From positions 81,920,309 through 81,984,308 of the forward strand of contig NC_057719.1 in the NCBI RefSeq assembly GCF_004010195.1: DNA of 64,000 bases. Direction: 5' to 3'. The translations under genes were made by a program, and so were the position numbers. The notes under the pieces were generated by a model that saw only the letters and a program-made list of their open reading frames with translations, did not search any database and was not told where the DNA came from. Numbering within the stretch: the stretch's first letter is position 1; each line of letters starts with the position of its first letter. Source of the stretch: Chiloscyllium plagiosum. Taxonomy: Eukaryota. This document shows positions 51,127 through 64,000 of the stretch, one piece after another.

Positions 51127-52059
51127 GTTGTCCGGCTGAGTGGAATCGCTAGTCTTTGGCTCCATTCTTTCCCCTCTGACTGCAAGTGAGGATTTCCAGC
51201 AATGCTTCTCTTCCTAGCCTTTACAAAATCAGATCTGGATCTCTCAAGCATTGACCTTTTTTGCCCGATTTGCACAGAGCCTGCATCATAAGGCACAGCC
51301 AACTTTCACAAAGGCTGACAGACAGCTGCCTCTAGCTTTCCCCTGCTAAACTGATGATTATGACACTTCCTAGCTGTTAGATTTCTCCAAACTAACATAT
51401 AGTTTCTTTTTATTTGCTCACAACATATGAATATCACTGACAAGCAGTGTTTACTGTAGCACTCTGGTTATGGTATTGTTTTGCTTTGTCTATTGCACAC
51501 AGCTTTTTCAGTTCAGCATATTGCTTCACCAGAGGTTGATGAGCATCGATTTCCTCCTGTCAAATACTGGGAAGAACAAAGCTTCCTCCCAAAAATGTTG
51601 TTTCTCACCAGCAACTCCATTTCCCTCCCCGTCTGTTCTGAGAGGATGAACCATTTACAATCTGCGTCATTGTTCGCTACCTTGTCATCCTATTCAACCC
51701 CAAACATTTTTTCCCTGGAGCGTAGGAGTCTGTAGGGTCCATTCTCAGAGAACCCTTAAACATGTCCACCTCATTATTACGTTCACCAACCTTCACCTCT
51801 GTAACCTCAGCTCTCTCCACATGAATCGGCTCATCTGCCACTGAAACCTTCATTCATTCATTCATTTTGCCAATTTTCACTTGGACTACTCCAACACACC
51901 TACTCCTAGGTGGCCTCATTTCAGTTCACCTCAGCTCATTCAAAATCTTGTTGGTATTCTAAACCAGACTAAGTCTCACTCACCTCTGTACTTACGGATC
52001 TAAATAGTCCCCAATTCCACATCAAATCCATTGTGCCCTTGTGAGTAGGACATGATCTG

Positions 52060-53280
52060 TCGTCCCCCACCTACACACCCTTCCTCTCCCTCTAACGCAC
52101 ATGTGTACACTGTCCTGTGCTTTCCCTTTCATTTGCAAACATGCCCTCTCTCTTGCCCCCACACTAACACACATCCTTACTCTTCCTACACCATGCACCC
52201 TCCCCCCCCACTCTCCTGCACACATGCTCTTTTGCACTCTCCCATCAATGCATCTCTCCCCTCATGCACACCATCCCAATCCCTACCAATTCACACACTC
52301 TCTAAGCCACCTTCCAGCCTCTCCTCTGTGGTGCATGCCATACATGGCACTCCCCATGTGGCTCCACAGGCCGTCCCTCTCATTCCTGTTTCACCACCCT
52401 CCATCTCCCATCTCATTGGCAACACACTCTCCTTTGACAGAGCAAATGCTTTCACTCCCTCTGCATTCTCCTTCCTTCCCATCTTATCACTCTCCCACAC
52501 ATGCATGGCACCATCCATTGCCCCTCACACTCAACACATCTCCCCATGTCCCCTATTTCCTCTCTCTAATGCACATAACACTGCCCACACAAGCACATGA
52601 TGCCACTCTCTCTCACACAGGGAAATTCACTCACTATCACGCACCATGCAAAACTATCTTACACACTCAATTGCTCATCATTCACCCTCCCCCAACACCC
52701 ATAAATGCTTGTGCAAATGCCCTTTCTTACGTACTTTCTCTCTTCTTTGAAATACCCTCCCATTCCAATCCCATAACCATGCATGCCCTCCCACTCCACC
52801 CCCTACCCTCCTCACCAGCCACACAGACTTCTATCCCATCCCTAATCCACACAGACCCTCTCATGCTCCCATATGTACACATGCCCTCCTATTCCCTTTC
52901 CCAAGCACAGGCATACCTTACCTCACCCATGCCTTTTCTACCTCTCCCTCTCATGCACAGTGCCCCACCTCACCCCCAGACATACTCACACGCCCTAACT
53001 TACTCTCCTTCTCTAATCCATGTGGTGCACACACTCCTGCTCCCACACCTGAACCCCTCTCTCACGGGTGTGCGTACACAACTCTCCACACACACTGCAC
53101 CTTCTTTGACTCATACAACCACCTCTCTCTCACTCTCATACACAGGCCCTCTTACTCTCTCTCCCACACACATGAAAAAACACACTCTCTCTCTCAAACA
53201 CAGCACATGCACTTCCCTCTCAGACGCAAAACCATCCCTTTACTGCCACATACCTGCTTCACCCCCAGTAATCAACACCA
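52060..53280. repeat. Low-complexity C/A/T-rich tract
   Basis: G-poor (cacac/ctctc) plus strand; similar tracts at ~44990-45380 and ~20270-20480. Confidence 0.8.
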
Positions 53281-53642
53281 TTTTTACCGCCCAATCTTGT
53301 GTATCGAGTAATATATTAAAATGCATTGAGAACTGGTTACCAAACAGAAAACAGATTAGAAATTCAAATGTAATTTTTGTAATAACAGGGCATAACAGTG
53401 GAAAAGATCAATGTTTGGGCGCAGCTATCTACAGTCTATATCAATGACTTAGAAAACAAAACTGTGGAATAAGGCAAGTCTACTGACAGTACAAAATTGG
53501 TTGGGAAATTAAATTGCGAAGAGGAAGAAAAGTCTCTCCAAAGATACATATTTTGTTTAAACCATTGCGCTAGAAGGTAGAAGCTGGAATATAAAGTTAG
53601 GCAGTCTGAAATTATCCATTTCAGTAAATAAAAAGTAAAACA

Positions 53643-53838
53643 GCAATTGCTGGAAAAACTCAGATCTGGCAGCATCGGCAGCATCTATGGAGAGAAATCA
53701 AAGTTAACATTTTGGGTCCAGTGTTCTGAAGAAGGGTCACTGCACCCAAAACGTTCATTCGGATTTCAGATGCAGCTAGGCCTGAGCCTTTCCAGCAAAA
53801 TCTGTTTTTGTTTCTGATTTCCAGCATCCAAAGGTTTT
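53643..53838 (+). mobile_element. Older degenerate palindromic Penelope-related element
   Basis: gctggaaaaactcag...ctgaagaagggtcactgcacccaaaacgtt...ctgagcctttccagca plus tail tttctgatttccagcatc; relatives at ~16490-16690 and ~55430-55545. Confidence 0.6.
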
Positions 53839-54158
53839 TAGATTAGATTAGATTGCCAACAATATGGAAACAGGCCCTTCGGCCCAACAAGTCCACACCG
53901 ACCCTCCAAAGAGTAACCCACCCAGACCCATTTCCCTAACCTATATTCACCCCTGATTAATGCACCTCACACTATTTAGTATGGCCAATTCACATGACTG
54001 CACATCTTTGGATTGTGGGAGGAAACTGGAACACCGGGAGGAAACCCATGCAGAGATGGGAAGAATGTGCATACTCCACACAGATAGTCGCCTGAGGTGG
54101 GAATCAAACCCAGGCACTGTGAGGCAGCAGTGCTAATCACTGAGCCACCGCGCCACCC
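53839..54158 (-). mobile_element. V-SINE (HE1-like)
   Basis: (gatta)n tail through to the reverse tRNA head gtgctaatcactgagccaccgcgccaccc. Confidence 0.85.
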
Positions 54159-55198
54159 AACCTGATTCGCAGTCAGGCAACTTATCCAGTTCTTTCATCT
54201 TTTCTTTAATAAAATAAAAAGGAAAACATTGATGTTCAAAGAGGAGAGACGATTACATGTTGAGAATTTAATATACAAGGGAGTTGGAGTTCTAGAGTGA
54301 AGGAAGTCATGTTGCAACTGTACAGGGTGTGAATAAGACCATACCTGGAACACTGCGCACAGTTCTGCTCTTCATACCCAAGAAAGAATGTACTTGCCTC
54401 AGACTGATTTCAGACAGTTGTCCTACAGGAGATTAGGCTTATACACTCTAGAAGTTTGAAAACTGCAAGGAAATTGCTTTGAATTAAGTAAGCTTTAGAA
54501 AGAGCTTAAAAGAATACTTTAGAACTAAAGGTCATAGTCTCAAAAATAAAAAGTAAGCCATTTAGAACGGAGACAAGGACAAATATCTGCACTTTAAAGG
54601 TTGAGAATCTTTTAAATTCTCAACCCCGGGAGATTTGCACGTTAGTCCATGTTTAACACAGAGGTAGAGTAACTTTGGGAACCAAGTGAATCAAGGAATA
54701 TGGGGTTAAGCGGATATGTGGAGTCAAAGCAGATTTTATTTGTTATTCAGCATTTATTGCCCATCCCCAATTACGCAGAGGGCAGTTAAGAGTCAACCAC
54801 ATTGCTGTGGATCTGGAGTCACATGTAGACATTAGTCAACTGGATATGGTTTTTTTCCCTGACAAGTGACAGAGGATTCATGGTCGTCATTAGACTCTTA
54901 ACTCCAGATTTCTTTTTAATAACTGAATTCAAATTCCACTACCTGCCATGGCTGGACACAAACCCGGGTCCCTAGAACAGTAAGGTCCCTGGGTCTCTGG
55001 ATTAACAATCCAGTGATAAAACCATTAGGCCTCTCCCAATGATAATTATCTTACTGAATGGAGAGACAGTCCCAAGGTGCTGTAATGCCATTTCTGATGT
55101 TCTTAACACTGTGGGAGCTACAGAAAAGTTCAATTCGTCACGTACTCCAGATGGCCAAAGTGTTTGCAGTACGCAATTCTGAGCTGTGCCAAGCTCAC

Positions 55199-55300
55199 CT
55201 TTTGAATAATACGTGCCAGGGTCTGGAGTGCCAGGGCTCGTTGCTGAATGACTTGACTGCGAACTAAGTGGAAGAGTTCTTGCAGTGAATATCCGGCTTG
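55199..55300 (-). CDS. RPAP1: RPAP1 coding exon
   Basis: ttttcag|CAA...AAG|gtgag. [34 protein letters not shown]. 102 nt. Confidence 0.97.
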
Positions 55301-57228
55301 CTGAAAAAGACAAGGCAATAGTACAAGGTAATTCAAGTAAACAGTTCAAAACATTGGGCAGTTTTGCAATGACCAACAGTTTCGAACCACTGAAACTACA
55401 CAGAAAGGAGGCACAATAGAATAAAGTACTATGGACACTGGAGATCTGAAATGAAAACAGGAAGTGCTGGATAAACTCATCTTGCCTAGCAGCATCTGTG
55501 GAGGAAGAAACAGAGTTAACGTATCGAGTCCCTTCATCAGAACTGGTTTAAAACCTTTTACAGACAGCAAAGTGCTTCTGAAGTGCGACCACTGTTGAGA
55601 AATTGGGAAATGTGGCAGTCAATTTACACTCAGCAAGCTCCCGCAAGCTGCAATCTAATAATGACCAAACAACCTGCTTTAGTCACGCTGGCTGAGGGAT
55701 AAGTATCAACCTGAACAGAGAAAAGAACTTGCTTGCTCTTCATCACACACCGTATTAACATGGAATTTCAGGCCAAGCCACACTAGGAATGATGTCATAT
55801 GAGGTATGAAATTAGCAGTGCAACCCTCCAATTCCCTCCTGGCTGCAGACAAAGAATTGGGGCTATCTGCTACCTGCAAATTTGCAGACTAAGCCATATC
55901 TTGACCACTAGGACTTTGAATCTGGCAAAGCCGATACTTCTTATTGCAAAGGATAAGCCAGTGTAAATTTATCATCGGAAACTTACTAGCCATTTTCTGC
56001 AGCTCCCGAAAATAAATCAATGAGCCTGCAATATTTCCAGTTACCATCTTAAAAGACCGTGTAATAGTATCTGTTTGGATTTCTTAAAACCTTAAGTGCA
56101 CGCTATCTCTTTTGTTTTATGTGTGTCTTAGGTGAGAGCGGGAGTGAGAATGAATTTATCTTTTAGATTGTTAACTTTAAAAGAAAAACTGTCTTGTGTC
56201 TGTGCTCCAGAGCAACAACATTCAGAGGTTTAAAACGTCATTTTAAAGCTTTGTACAGTGAGTCGAGGATTAGGGAAGGTAAAGGGGGAGTCATTACACC
56301 ATCTCACCCCTGCCCTTAACATTAGTCTTTATCCAGCCTGGTTTGTACATGACTCCAGTCGTGCAGAAAAGTGGTTGATAGAAGTAGTTATGATTTGGCA
56401 CGTGGTGCTTGAACTAATTATCCCAAGGAAATTGGATGAATACTTGAACAGGAGAAACTTTCAAGGCTGCGGTTTACCAGCAGGGTAGTGGGGCCAATCG
56501 GATAGCTGGGGCAGACATGATGGGCTGTGTATATATTCAAAGATCGGAGACTGCTCATTCAGTTTGAGGCCAAATTTAGAATTCAACTAACCAGAGGCTC
56601 CACAGCAGTGTTAAAGTGAGCACCCACATTTCAACTTCACACATATTACTAGTGTTGCTCTGACATTTCAGGAAAAATGCTCAAACTTGTGAAGACCATA
56701 AAAGATTGAGCTATATCAACCTTATCCCTTAAACCGCCCAAAGACTCTATTGATAGCAGCTTTGAAATTACTAATTGAACCCCCCCACCAACCGCAGCAG
56801 ACTTTTTGAGAGGGAGGCATGCGCTGCCAATTTCTGGCACCTTTTGTGTGAAAAACTGTTTCCTAGCATCAGCCTAATTTAAGGCTGAGCTCATTTGCTT
56901 CCAGATTCCCACATTCAGAGGGAATCACTTCTCTCAATCCATCCTAACAAATCCTTTAACCATCTTACCCACCTCAGTTAGATCACCCTTTCATCCTCTT
57001 CACTCAGCGGAGTACAGGCCTAGTCCACGCCATGTTCTCATTATTTAACTCTTTTAATATACCCCCTCAAGGGCTAATATATTTTTCCCAAAATGCAGAT
57101 ACCATAACAACAAATTGCACATTAGGGTGCTGCAGAGGTGCAAGATAACTTACAACAATTTATACTTCAGTCCTCACTTCAGCAGGAGCTCCAACACATT
57201 AGATTGTAATACACAATAATAATCTTAC

Positions 57229-57327
57229 CTCTGGCTGCTCTCCATGGTGGTGCAGTCCTAGGTGAGTTGGAAGATCGACATCTGGAGGTATTAAGTCACC
57301 ATGAAAACTGAACCTTGCTTGCATCTC
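57229..57327 (-). CDS. RPAP1: RPAP1 coding exon (conserved RPAP1 domain start)
   Basis: ttcag|GAG...GAG|gtaag. [33 protein letters not shown] contains the hallmark [11 protein letters not shown] motif of the RPAP1/IYO/Rba50 family. 99 nt. Confidence 0.97.
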
Positions 57328-57624
57328 CTGAATATGAAAAGATAGATACAGTATTAAATAGCATTTCCAGAGAAAGGCAGAAGCGTTTTCTGTCCATTTG
57401 TGCAGATTAGACTGCTGTGTATTCATAACTATTGGGGTCGCAGCTTCTAATGTTTGAAAATGGAAGCTTTTAAAACAACATTGACATTTCAGCCTCTACA
57501 CAACTCAAACCCAGAGTAATCCTAAACAAGCCCACTTCATCCAACTGCTTCCAACTTCGCTACTGGACTCAAAGCACTCAGTCTCACTATCCATTATGAT
57601 TCTGTGACTTGGCCACACAATCCC

Positions 57625-58410
57625 ACATTATCTCTCCGCTCCGTCACAGAGCCACTCGGTCTCTCCCCACTTAATCACACAGCCACTCGGTCACACCCCG
57701 GCTCCGTCACAGAGCCACTCGGTCACACCCCGGCTCCGTCACAGAGCCACTCGGTCTCTCCCTGCTCCGTCACAGAGCCACTCGGTCTCTCCCCACTTAG
57801 TCACAGAGCCACTCAGTCTCTCCCTGCTCTGTCACAGAGTCACTTGGTCACACTCTGGCTCAGTCACTGAGCCACTCTGTCTCTTCCCAGCTCCATTACA
57901 GAACCACTCACTCAGTCACACACTTCTCTGTCCCAGAACCACTCGGTCACACCCCTCTCCGTCAGAGAGCCACTCTGTCTCTCCCAGCTCCATCACAGAG
58001 CCACTCGGTCTCTCCCAGCTCCGTCACAGAGCCACTCGGTCTCTCCCAGCTCCGTCACAGAGCCAATCGGTCTCTCCCAGCTCCGTCACAGAGCCAATCG
58101 GTCACACTCAGGCTCCATCAGAGCCATTCTGTCTCTTCCTAACTCCATTACAGAGCCACTTGTTCTCTCCCCACTCCATCACAGAGCCACTCAGTCACTC
58201 CCCCCTCCATTACAGAGCCACTCGGTGTCTCCCTGATCAGTCACAGAGCCACTCGGTCACACCCTTCTCTGTCAGAGCCACTCAGTCTCTCCCAGCTCCG
58301 TCACAGTCACTCGGTCACACTCTTCTCTGTTACAGAGCCACTCGGTCTCTCCCTAGTCCATCACAGAGCCACTCGATCACACCCTGCTCCATCACAGAGC
58401 CACTCAGTTT
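57625..58410. repeat. Minisatellite, ~31 nt unit, ~25 copies
   Basis: Unit ccgtcacagagccactcggtctctcccagct repeated directly with variants and no unique spacers. Confidence 0.95.
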
Positions 58411-58525
58411 CTGTTGCTCTGTCAACAGCCAGTTTCATGGTTTGGTGACAGGGTCACTTCATCCCACAATCTCCGACTTAGCTACAATTAGTTATACAGA
58501 ATGTTCACAAATTGCCACTGCTCAC

Positions 58526-58641
58526 CTCCTTAGTTTTCTGTCGCCTGGGTTTGGGCAGGTCTTTCATCCACTCCAGCTTCTCATATTCTGGGACATCCAT
58601 ATGGACCCATCCTTTCTCAGGCTTCAGTGGAATATCAGCCT
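58526..58641 (-). CDS. RPAP1: RPAP1 coding exon (first confidently placed exon in window)
   Basis: tctctacag|AG GCT...AAG GAG|gtgag. Encodes (E)ADIPLKPEKGWVHMDVPEYEKLEWMKDLPKPRRQKTKE, matching the recalled vertebrate RPAP1 motif W-x-HMD...EKL-x-W-x-x-DLP. 116 nt, phase 1 start, phase 0 end. Confidence 0.92.
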
Positions 58642-61493
58642 CTGTAGAGATTCAGCAATAATCTCATAAGAGTGTACAGTCCAGCAGCCATCAGCATACG
58701 CATGTACCCCTCATCCACATGATCTTACACACACTCTGCTCATCACTGCAGCATAATCTTGCCCCTCTCCTCCCACGTACTGTGTCAGCTGTTGTGCAGG
58801 CACTCCCCACTTTAGGTTCTCTGGTCTACATATAAATCTGTGTTTACCATTACCAGATTGAATCTACTATTCCACACACATGGAGTACAAGTACTTGATG
58901 ATATCGAAGCTCAGACTTTTGGGTGGACATTCTACCCAGACTAATAAGATGAACATTCAGTCCAATGGAATTGCATCTTGGCAATCTCAAATCTCATCCT
59001 GGTAGTCTTGGGACTACAAAACTGTCTGAAATCCAATCGTGATTAAGAACCCAACAACCACACAAGTCATTAACTCACTCTTATTGAGTATGGCATATAC
59101 TGATGTAAGAAAATAAACGGAATACTTCATACAGTGCCATACCTTGTGTTAGGGATGTCAGGATTGCAGCTAATGAAGTGGACACTAAGGGGGCAAAATC
59201 AGTCACATACAAAATCAGGAAAGGCTAAAAGCAGGAAGAGTAAAATATAGTTTATTAAGAGATCAGCCCAATATGGCCTTGGATTACAAATGCTCAAATT
59301 GACTAAGCATGGTACATAAGGTTAGTGAGTTGCAGCCAAATGGGACAATAATTTAGGGTCAATATCAGATGCCTGGCTCAAAGCAGGGCATGATTTGGAA
59401 TACCATGGACTGCAAACAACTCAGAAAAGATAAAGGGAAAAAAAAAGATGGTGGATTGGCAGTACTGATAAAAAAAATTATTATAGAATGGGAAAATAAT
59501 GAATCAAAAAATCTTTCAAATAAATGTTGTTATTGTATTTATATTATTTGTCAATTTAAATATCAATAGAAGAGTTACTACAGTACTGGCTACATACTTC
59601 CAGCCACCAAACAGTGGGAAGAACAACAGAGAAGCAAATTCACAGGCAAATTACAGAAAGGTGCAAGAACTAACTATTGACTGCAGAAAACTTTAATTAT
59701 GCGACCAGACACTGGGATAGAGAGCTAAAATCAAAGACGGAGGGAATGTCTGATAACGTTCATGATCAGCATGTTTCAGCGCTACTGAGGAAGACTGCAG
59801 TGCACAATCTAGCCTGTCGCCCAGTCCTCTGCCACGAAGTTACTTAGTTCTTTAAAAAAATCCATGGGAAGAAATACATAGATATTGTTCTTAGGAATAA
59901 AAGTGTCAAAGGGGAGGGGAAGAAAATGGGAGCAGGGTAGTGAGTTGAATGGCACAGTGGACTTGAAGACCTGAATGGCCTACTTCTGCTGCTACATTCT
60001 ATGTTTCTAGAATCTGGAATTGAACCAGCAGCTTGGTTCCTGAGTCATAATTGAAATTCCCACCCTACATCCCTGTAACGGCCACTAGAACTAATTCATT
60101 GATTTCTACACATGCTGTTATTAATTCAGCTATATGTATCTGTTCAATTCTGGATACCACACTTAAGGAAGGATGTCAAGGGTATAGAGAGAGAGTACAA
60201 GCAAGGTTTACTGGAACAGTACCAGGGTTCAGTAACAGTGAGGCTGGAGGTGTTTCTCCTTAGAGAAAAGAAGGTGAAGTGAAAATTTGATTGAAGTTTA
60301 TAAAATCATGAACTGTTTTGGTAAGGAAGGAGGTACTACCCCACCGTGGCAGAAGAGTAAGTAACCAGAAGGAACAGATTAAAAGGTGATCAGCCAAAGA
60401 ACCGGAGCAACACCAGGAAACAACTTTTCCATAAAGCAAGTAATCATTTTCTGGAATACAGTGTCTGAAAGGGCTTGGCGGGCTGGGGGTAGATTCAGAA
60501 ATAACTTCGAAATGAAAATTAGATAAATGCCTTATGGGAAAATATTGCCAAAGTAATGAGGATAAAGTGACCAATTAGGTAGCCGTACCAAGAGTTGACA
60601 CAAGAACCATGGGTCAAACAAGCTTCTGTGCTGTACAATTCTATGAGGTATTTCCACTTACTGAATATACTGCAAACACTGTGTCCTTTATTTATGCTCC
60701 TTAATTATGACTGATATGAGAAAATACCTCTTTTAAAAGCCAATGATTTGAGTGCAAGTAATTTGATACTCATTATGCACAATGTTTGTACAGCTGTAGG
60801 TTAGAGCTGTGTTAGTCAATGGCTCTGGAGGTTGGAGCTTTGATTGGCAAATACAAGCTAACTGGTTTGTGGTCTGGTGACCAGTTATCAATGACACAGG
60901 CCTTTTCTGCCTGCCAACAACCATGTGGTTGATTCTTATGTAAGTGAATAGCTTGAAGTAAGGAACAAGATGCAAAGAAACTATCAGGTCTTTACCAGCC
61001 AGGAGCTCTCTTGCTATTCTCTACAGTAAGCAACTTCAAACCTGAAGTTTATTGTTCCTTCAACACTTTCTGTAAGCTGAGAATTTTAACTGATAAGATA
61101 GAGAGCTTTGTAATAAGTGAACCAGTTACCTTGTGCCTCCTGCAAACCAGTGGAAGCATCTGGAGAAGAACAACTAAAGTAGTACTTTGACCAGCACAAG
61201 AATCATCTCAGCAACCCTCGTGAATAGGAACCTTTGAATTGTTTTCCAGTGTTTTTCCCTCTGACCATAATCCATGTTTTTTTCCGGTGTCTGTCTTTGC
61301 ATGTGTAAGGGAGAGTCTATAAGGGGATTCATGTTTTAATTTGCAATGTTAATATGCTGACAGTTTGTAACTGTTAGCTGTAGCTAGGGTCTACTTACTT
61401 GTAATAAATAATCATTCTAGTTAAGTACAGAAACCTGGTTTGTGCTTTCTGGCAGCCTGAGACTGAAAATCAGGTAAACAGAATTATTACATA

Positions 61494-61708
61494 CAGTAGA
61501 CCACTCGTACCCGCGTGGATACATTCCAAGACATACCAAGAAACCCCAAAACAGCGGATAGGTACGAATGTTCATTTAAATGGGAACCGTACCTTACCAG
61601 CAGCCTCTTGGTCCCTGGTTCTGGAACATTCCCTATAATATGCACAAACTTTGGTAAACGGGTAACTGAAACTGCAGTAACCAGACCCACAGATATGGGG
61701 TCACCTTG
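61494..61708. mobile_element. Tigger/pogo-like non-autonomous DNA transposon (MER2-like MITE), degenerate
   Basis: ta|cagtagaccactcgtacccgcg..atacattccaagac...aaacagcggata at the left end and gtaactgaaactgcag...cagatatggggtcaccttg at the right; resembles the recalled MER2/Tigger terminal organisation. Confidence 0.55.
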
Positions 61709-63109
61709 CATTTACAAAAAAACTTTAACTTCTGTGATGACTCCAGGAATATTGAGGCTTCATTTCCAGTGCACTACCCCAGTGAATAGCAGCATGAATT
61801 AGGATCACAATTAGGCCATTTGGCCCCTCTAGCCTGTTCAACCATTCAATTAGATTATCTGATTGTGGCTTCATTCCATATTCCTGCCGAGATGTAACCA
61901 TCGACCCTCTTGTTAGTCTAGAAAATACCTCTCTCAAAGATATTCAATGATCAGATCTCAACCACTCCCTGAGGAATCTTAATATTATGGGAGATCTCTT
62001 ATTTTTAAACTCTGTCCCCCAATTGTAGTTCCATAGCCTAGCTAATGTTGAAGTGTTGGAAATGCAATAGCAATGTCCCAGAAACCAATGAGACAAGAAC
62101 TATCTAATCTATTAGATTAGGTAATTGACCTAGCCACACTTTTCTTGACTGAGGGACAAATATTGGGCAGGATACTAGGGAGCACTCACCTGCTGTTCTT
62201 TGAGTAGCTCCATTGTTTTGGTTTAGATGGAAAGGATTTTGGTTAAATATTACATCCAGAATGGTGGTACCCTCAGATGCTTCCCCAGTACCATATAGTC
62301 AGCATTCGCACAGAATATGCATGGGAAGCTCGAGAGCAAGACTTGAACCCAAGAACTTTGTTTTGGTCTCAGAGGTGAAGTTGTTACTCACTAAATTACT
62401 GCTGAGTTAAGTGGAATTCTCTGTGGCTAAGAACCTGCAATGTTGTCGGAGCCAAATAGAGGGAGCTTCACTGTGCATTTAATCTGCAAGATATCTTGAT
62501 GCTGACACAAGATGACTGTAAGGTAAGATGTACACTTTTTCAGTGGTAACATCCTCTCCAGCAACGTACATTATAAAAGACTAGTAAGGTTTAAAGATGC
62601 ACATTTTAGTGATACAAGTACTATTCATACATTATTATGATTGCGTGATTCTTGATGGAGAAGTTGCTTCTACTCAGACAGCAGAGTTGCAGATCTGTGG
62701 CACAGCAATATTATCCTAAACCCGTGGAGAACGTCTCTACAGTTAATGGCAGGGTGCCACCTCTGTATGGCTTTGAATCAATGCATGCCATCAGCACGGT
62801 ATACTCCTATCTGGCATTGGCTTGGAACACTTAATACACTTTTCAATTATAAAAGTGGTTTTTGTGGTCCAGCTTTTCTTCCAAATTGGAACAATGTCTT
62901 TGTCCCTGCAATTTTGAGGTCTGTGCTCAGTCCAACACATCACAACTGTTGTGTGAAGGTCAATGTTGGGATAAATGCAAGACATAGCAGCATGTTCCTG
63001 ACCCATCATGTTTTGTTCTCTCCATTAAACAGTTAGGCTAACCCAAAAAAACTACCTTTCACTCCAGTGGGTCGTGGAGCAATTTCAAGGCTATCAATCT
63101 ACCCCTGCT

Positions 63110-63790
63110 TTGCTGCAGGAGTTCCTCAGGGTAGTGTTTCAAGATCAACCATTTCCAGCTACTGCAACAATATCTTTCCCTCAATCAGTAAATGCAGATG
63201 TTTACTAATGACTGCATAGTTTTAATTTGCAACTCCTCAAACACTGAGGTCACCTATGTCCATATGAAGCAAGGCCCAGATAATACTCAGACATGGGCTA
63301 AGTGGCAAGTAACATTTGTGCCACAGAAAGTGCTTGGAAATGACCATTTCCACGAAAGGGAACCATCGTCTCCTTGACATTCGATGTGTTACTTGGAATT
63401 CTCCACTATCTACATTCTGGGGAGTCAATTATTACCAGAATTTTGCTAGACCAGCTATTAAAATATTTTGCAGCCTGGGAAATCTGTGATAAACAACTAA
63501 CCTCCTGAATTCCCAAACCCTGTGCACTGCCTATAAGGATTGGATGAAACATTCCCCACTTGCTTGAATGAGTGCAACTACAAGAACACTCAAGCACTTA
63601 ACGCCAACACAAAACTCCATTTATTGGCACCGCATCCAACATGTTAAACAATCATTCCTCTACTATTGACACACAGTAGTAGCAGTGTGCACCACTTTCA
63701 AGATGCACTCCAACACCTCACCAAGGCTCCATCCACACCCCAATATCTACAGCTTAGAAGAATGAAATCAGCAGTGCATGGTGGCTCAAC
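63110..63790 (+). mobile_element. Old LINE RT/3' remnant (family of 12670-14450)
   Basis: ggagttcctcagggtagtg (GVPQGS), WAKWQVTFVPQK, cacagtagtagcagtgtgcacc. Confidence 0.65.
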
Positions 63791-64000
63791 ATTACCTTCT
63801 TGGGCACAGGTGTATATCCGGAACAAATAAAAATAACCTGCCGTATTTGGTCTCCTGTTTAGCTAGCCTAATTTAGCAGTCATTTCTTACCCTGATGTCA
63901 TTAAGTTAAACTCAGGCTGGGTTGACTAGAATCTCATGAACCATTACATCATTGGTCTTAGTGTTAACTGATGTTTCAGTAACCCCAAAGACTGTAATTC

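Noticed and set aside
52101..53447. 448-aa His/Pro/Ser/Leu-rich ORF
   Set aside because: Arises from a G-poor low-complexity tract that lacks stop codons; no domain features, and it is antisense within an RPAP1 intron.
57625..58410. CRISPR-like appearance of the ~31-nt repeats
   Set aside because: Units are contiguous with no unique spacers, there are no cas genes, and the context is a vertebrate intron.
60960..61480. Possible solo LTR remnants (also ~55780-56330 and ~6060-6400)
   Set aside because: Only a vague compositional resemblance; I could not define TG...CA ends or TSDs.
63891..64000. Possible upstream RPAP1 exon ending at the strong donor AGG|gtaag (63890)
   Set aside because: All three frames hit stops within ~40 nt upstream, and the required phase-1 frame stops almost immediately.

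Overview
Vertebrate genomic DNA, almost certainly elasmobranch (shark/ray), inferred from the repeat content: HE1/V-SINE-like and Deu-domain SINEs, abundant CR1 LINEs and Penelope-like elements. The only host gene I can support is RPAP1 (RNA polymerase II-associated protein 1) on the minus strand. I reconstructed 18 coding exons by hand, from 58641 down to the TAA stop at 9471-9469. All introns are GT-AG with compatible phases, giving about 1100 aa of C-terminal protein; the 5' exons lie beyond the window. A poly(A) signal is at 8829-8824. The rest is introns and flank packed with retroelements, a Tigger-like MITE, minisatellites and three assembly gaps. The most notable non-gene signal is a set of Penelope-related elements carrying minimal hammerhead-ribozyme cores. 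These comprise four young ~125-220 bp copies (three are long hairpins with a fixed ~37-nt 3' tail, and all have 14-15 bp target-site duplications), an older degenerate subfamily, and a GIY-YIG Penelope fragment with a twin-priming-type inversion whose hammerhead lies sense within the last RPAP1 intron. Repeat boundaries are approximate, family names come from recall rather than database searches, and I found no clearly new protein-coding system.
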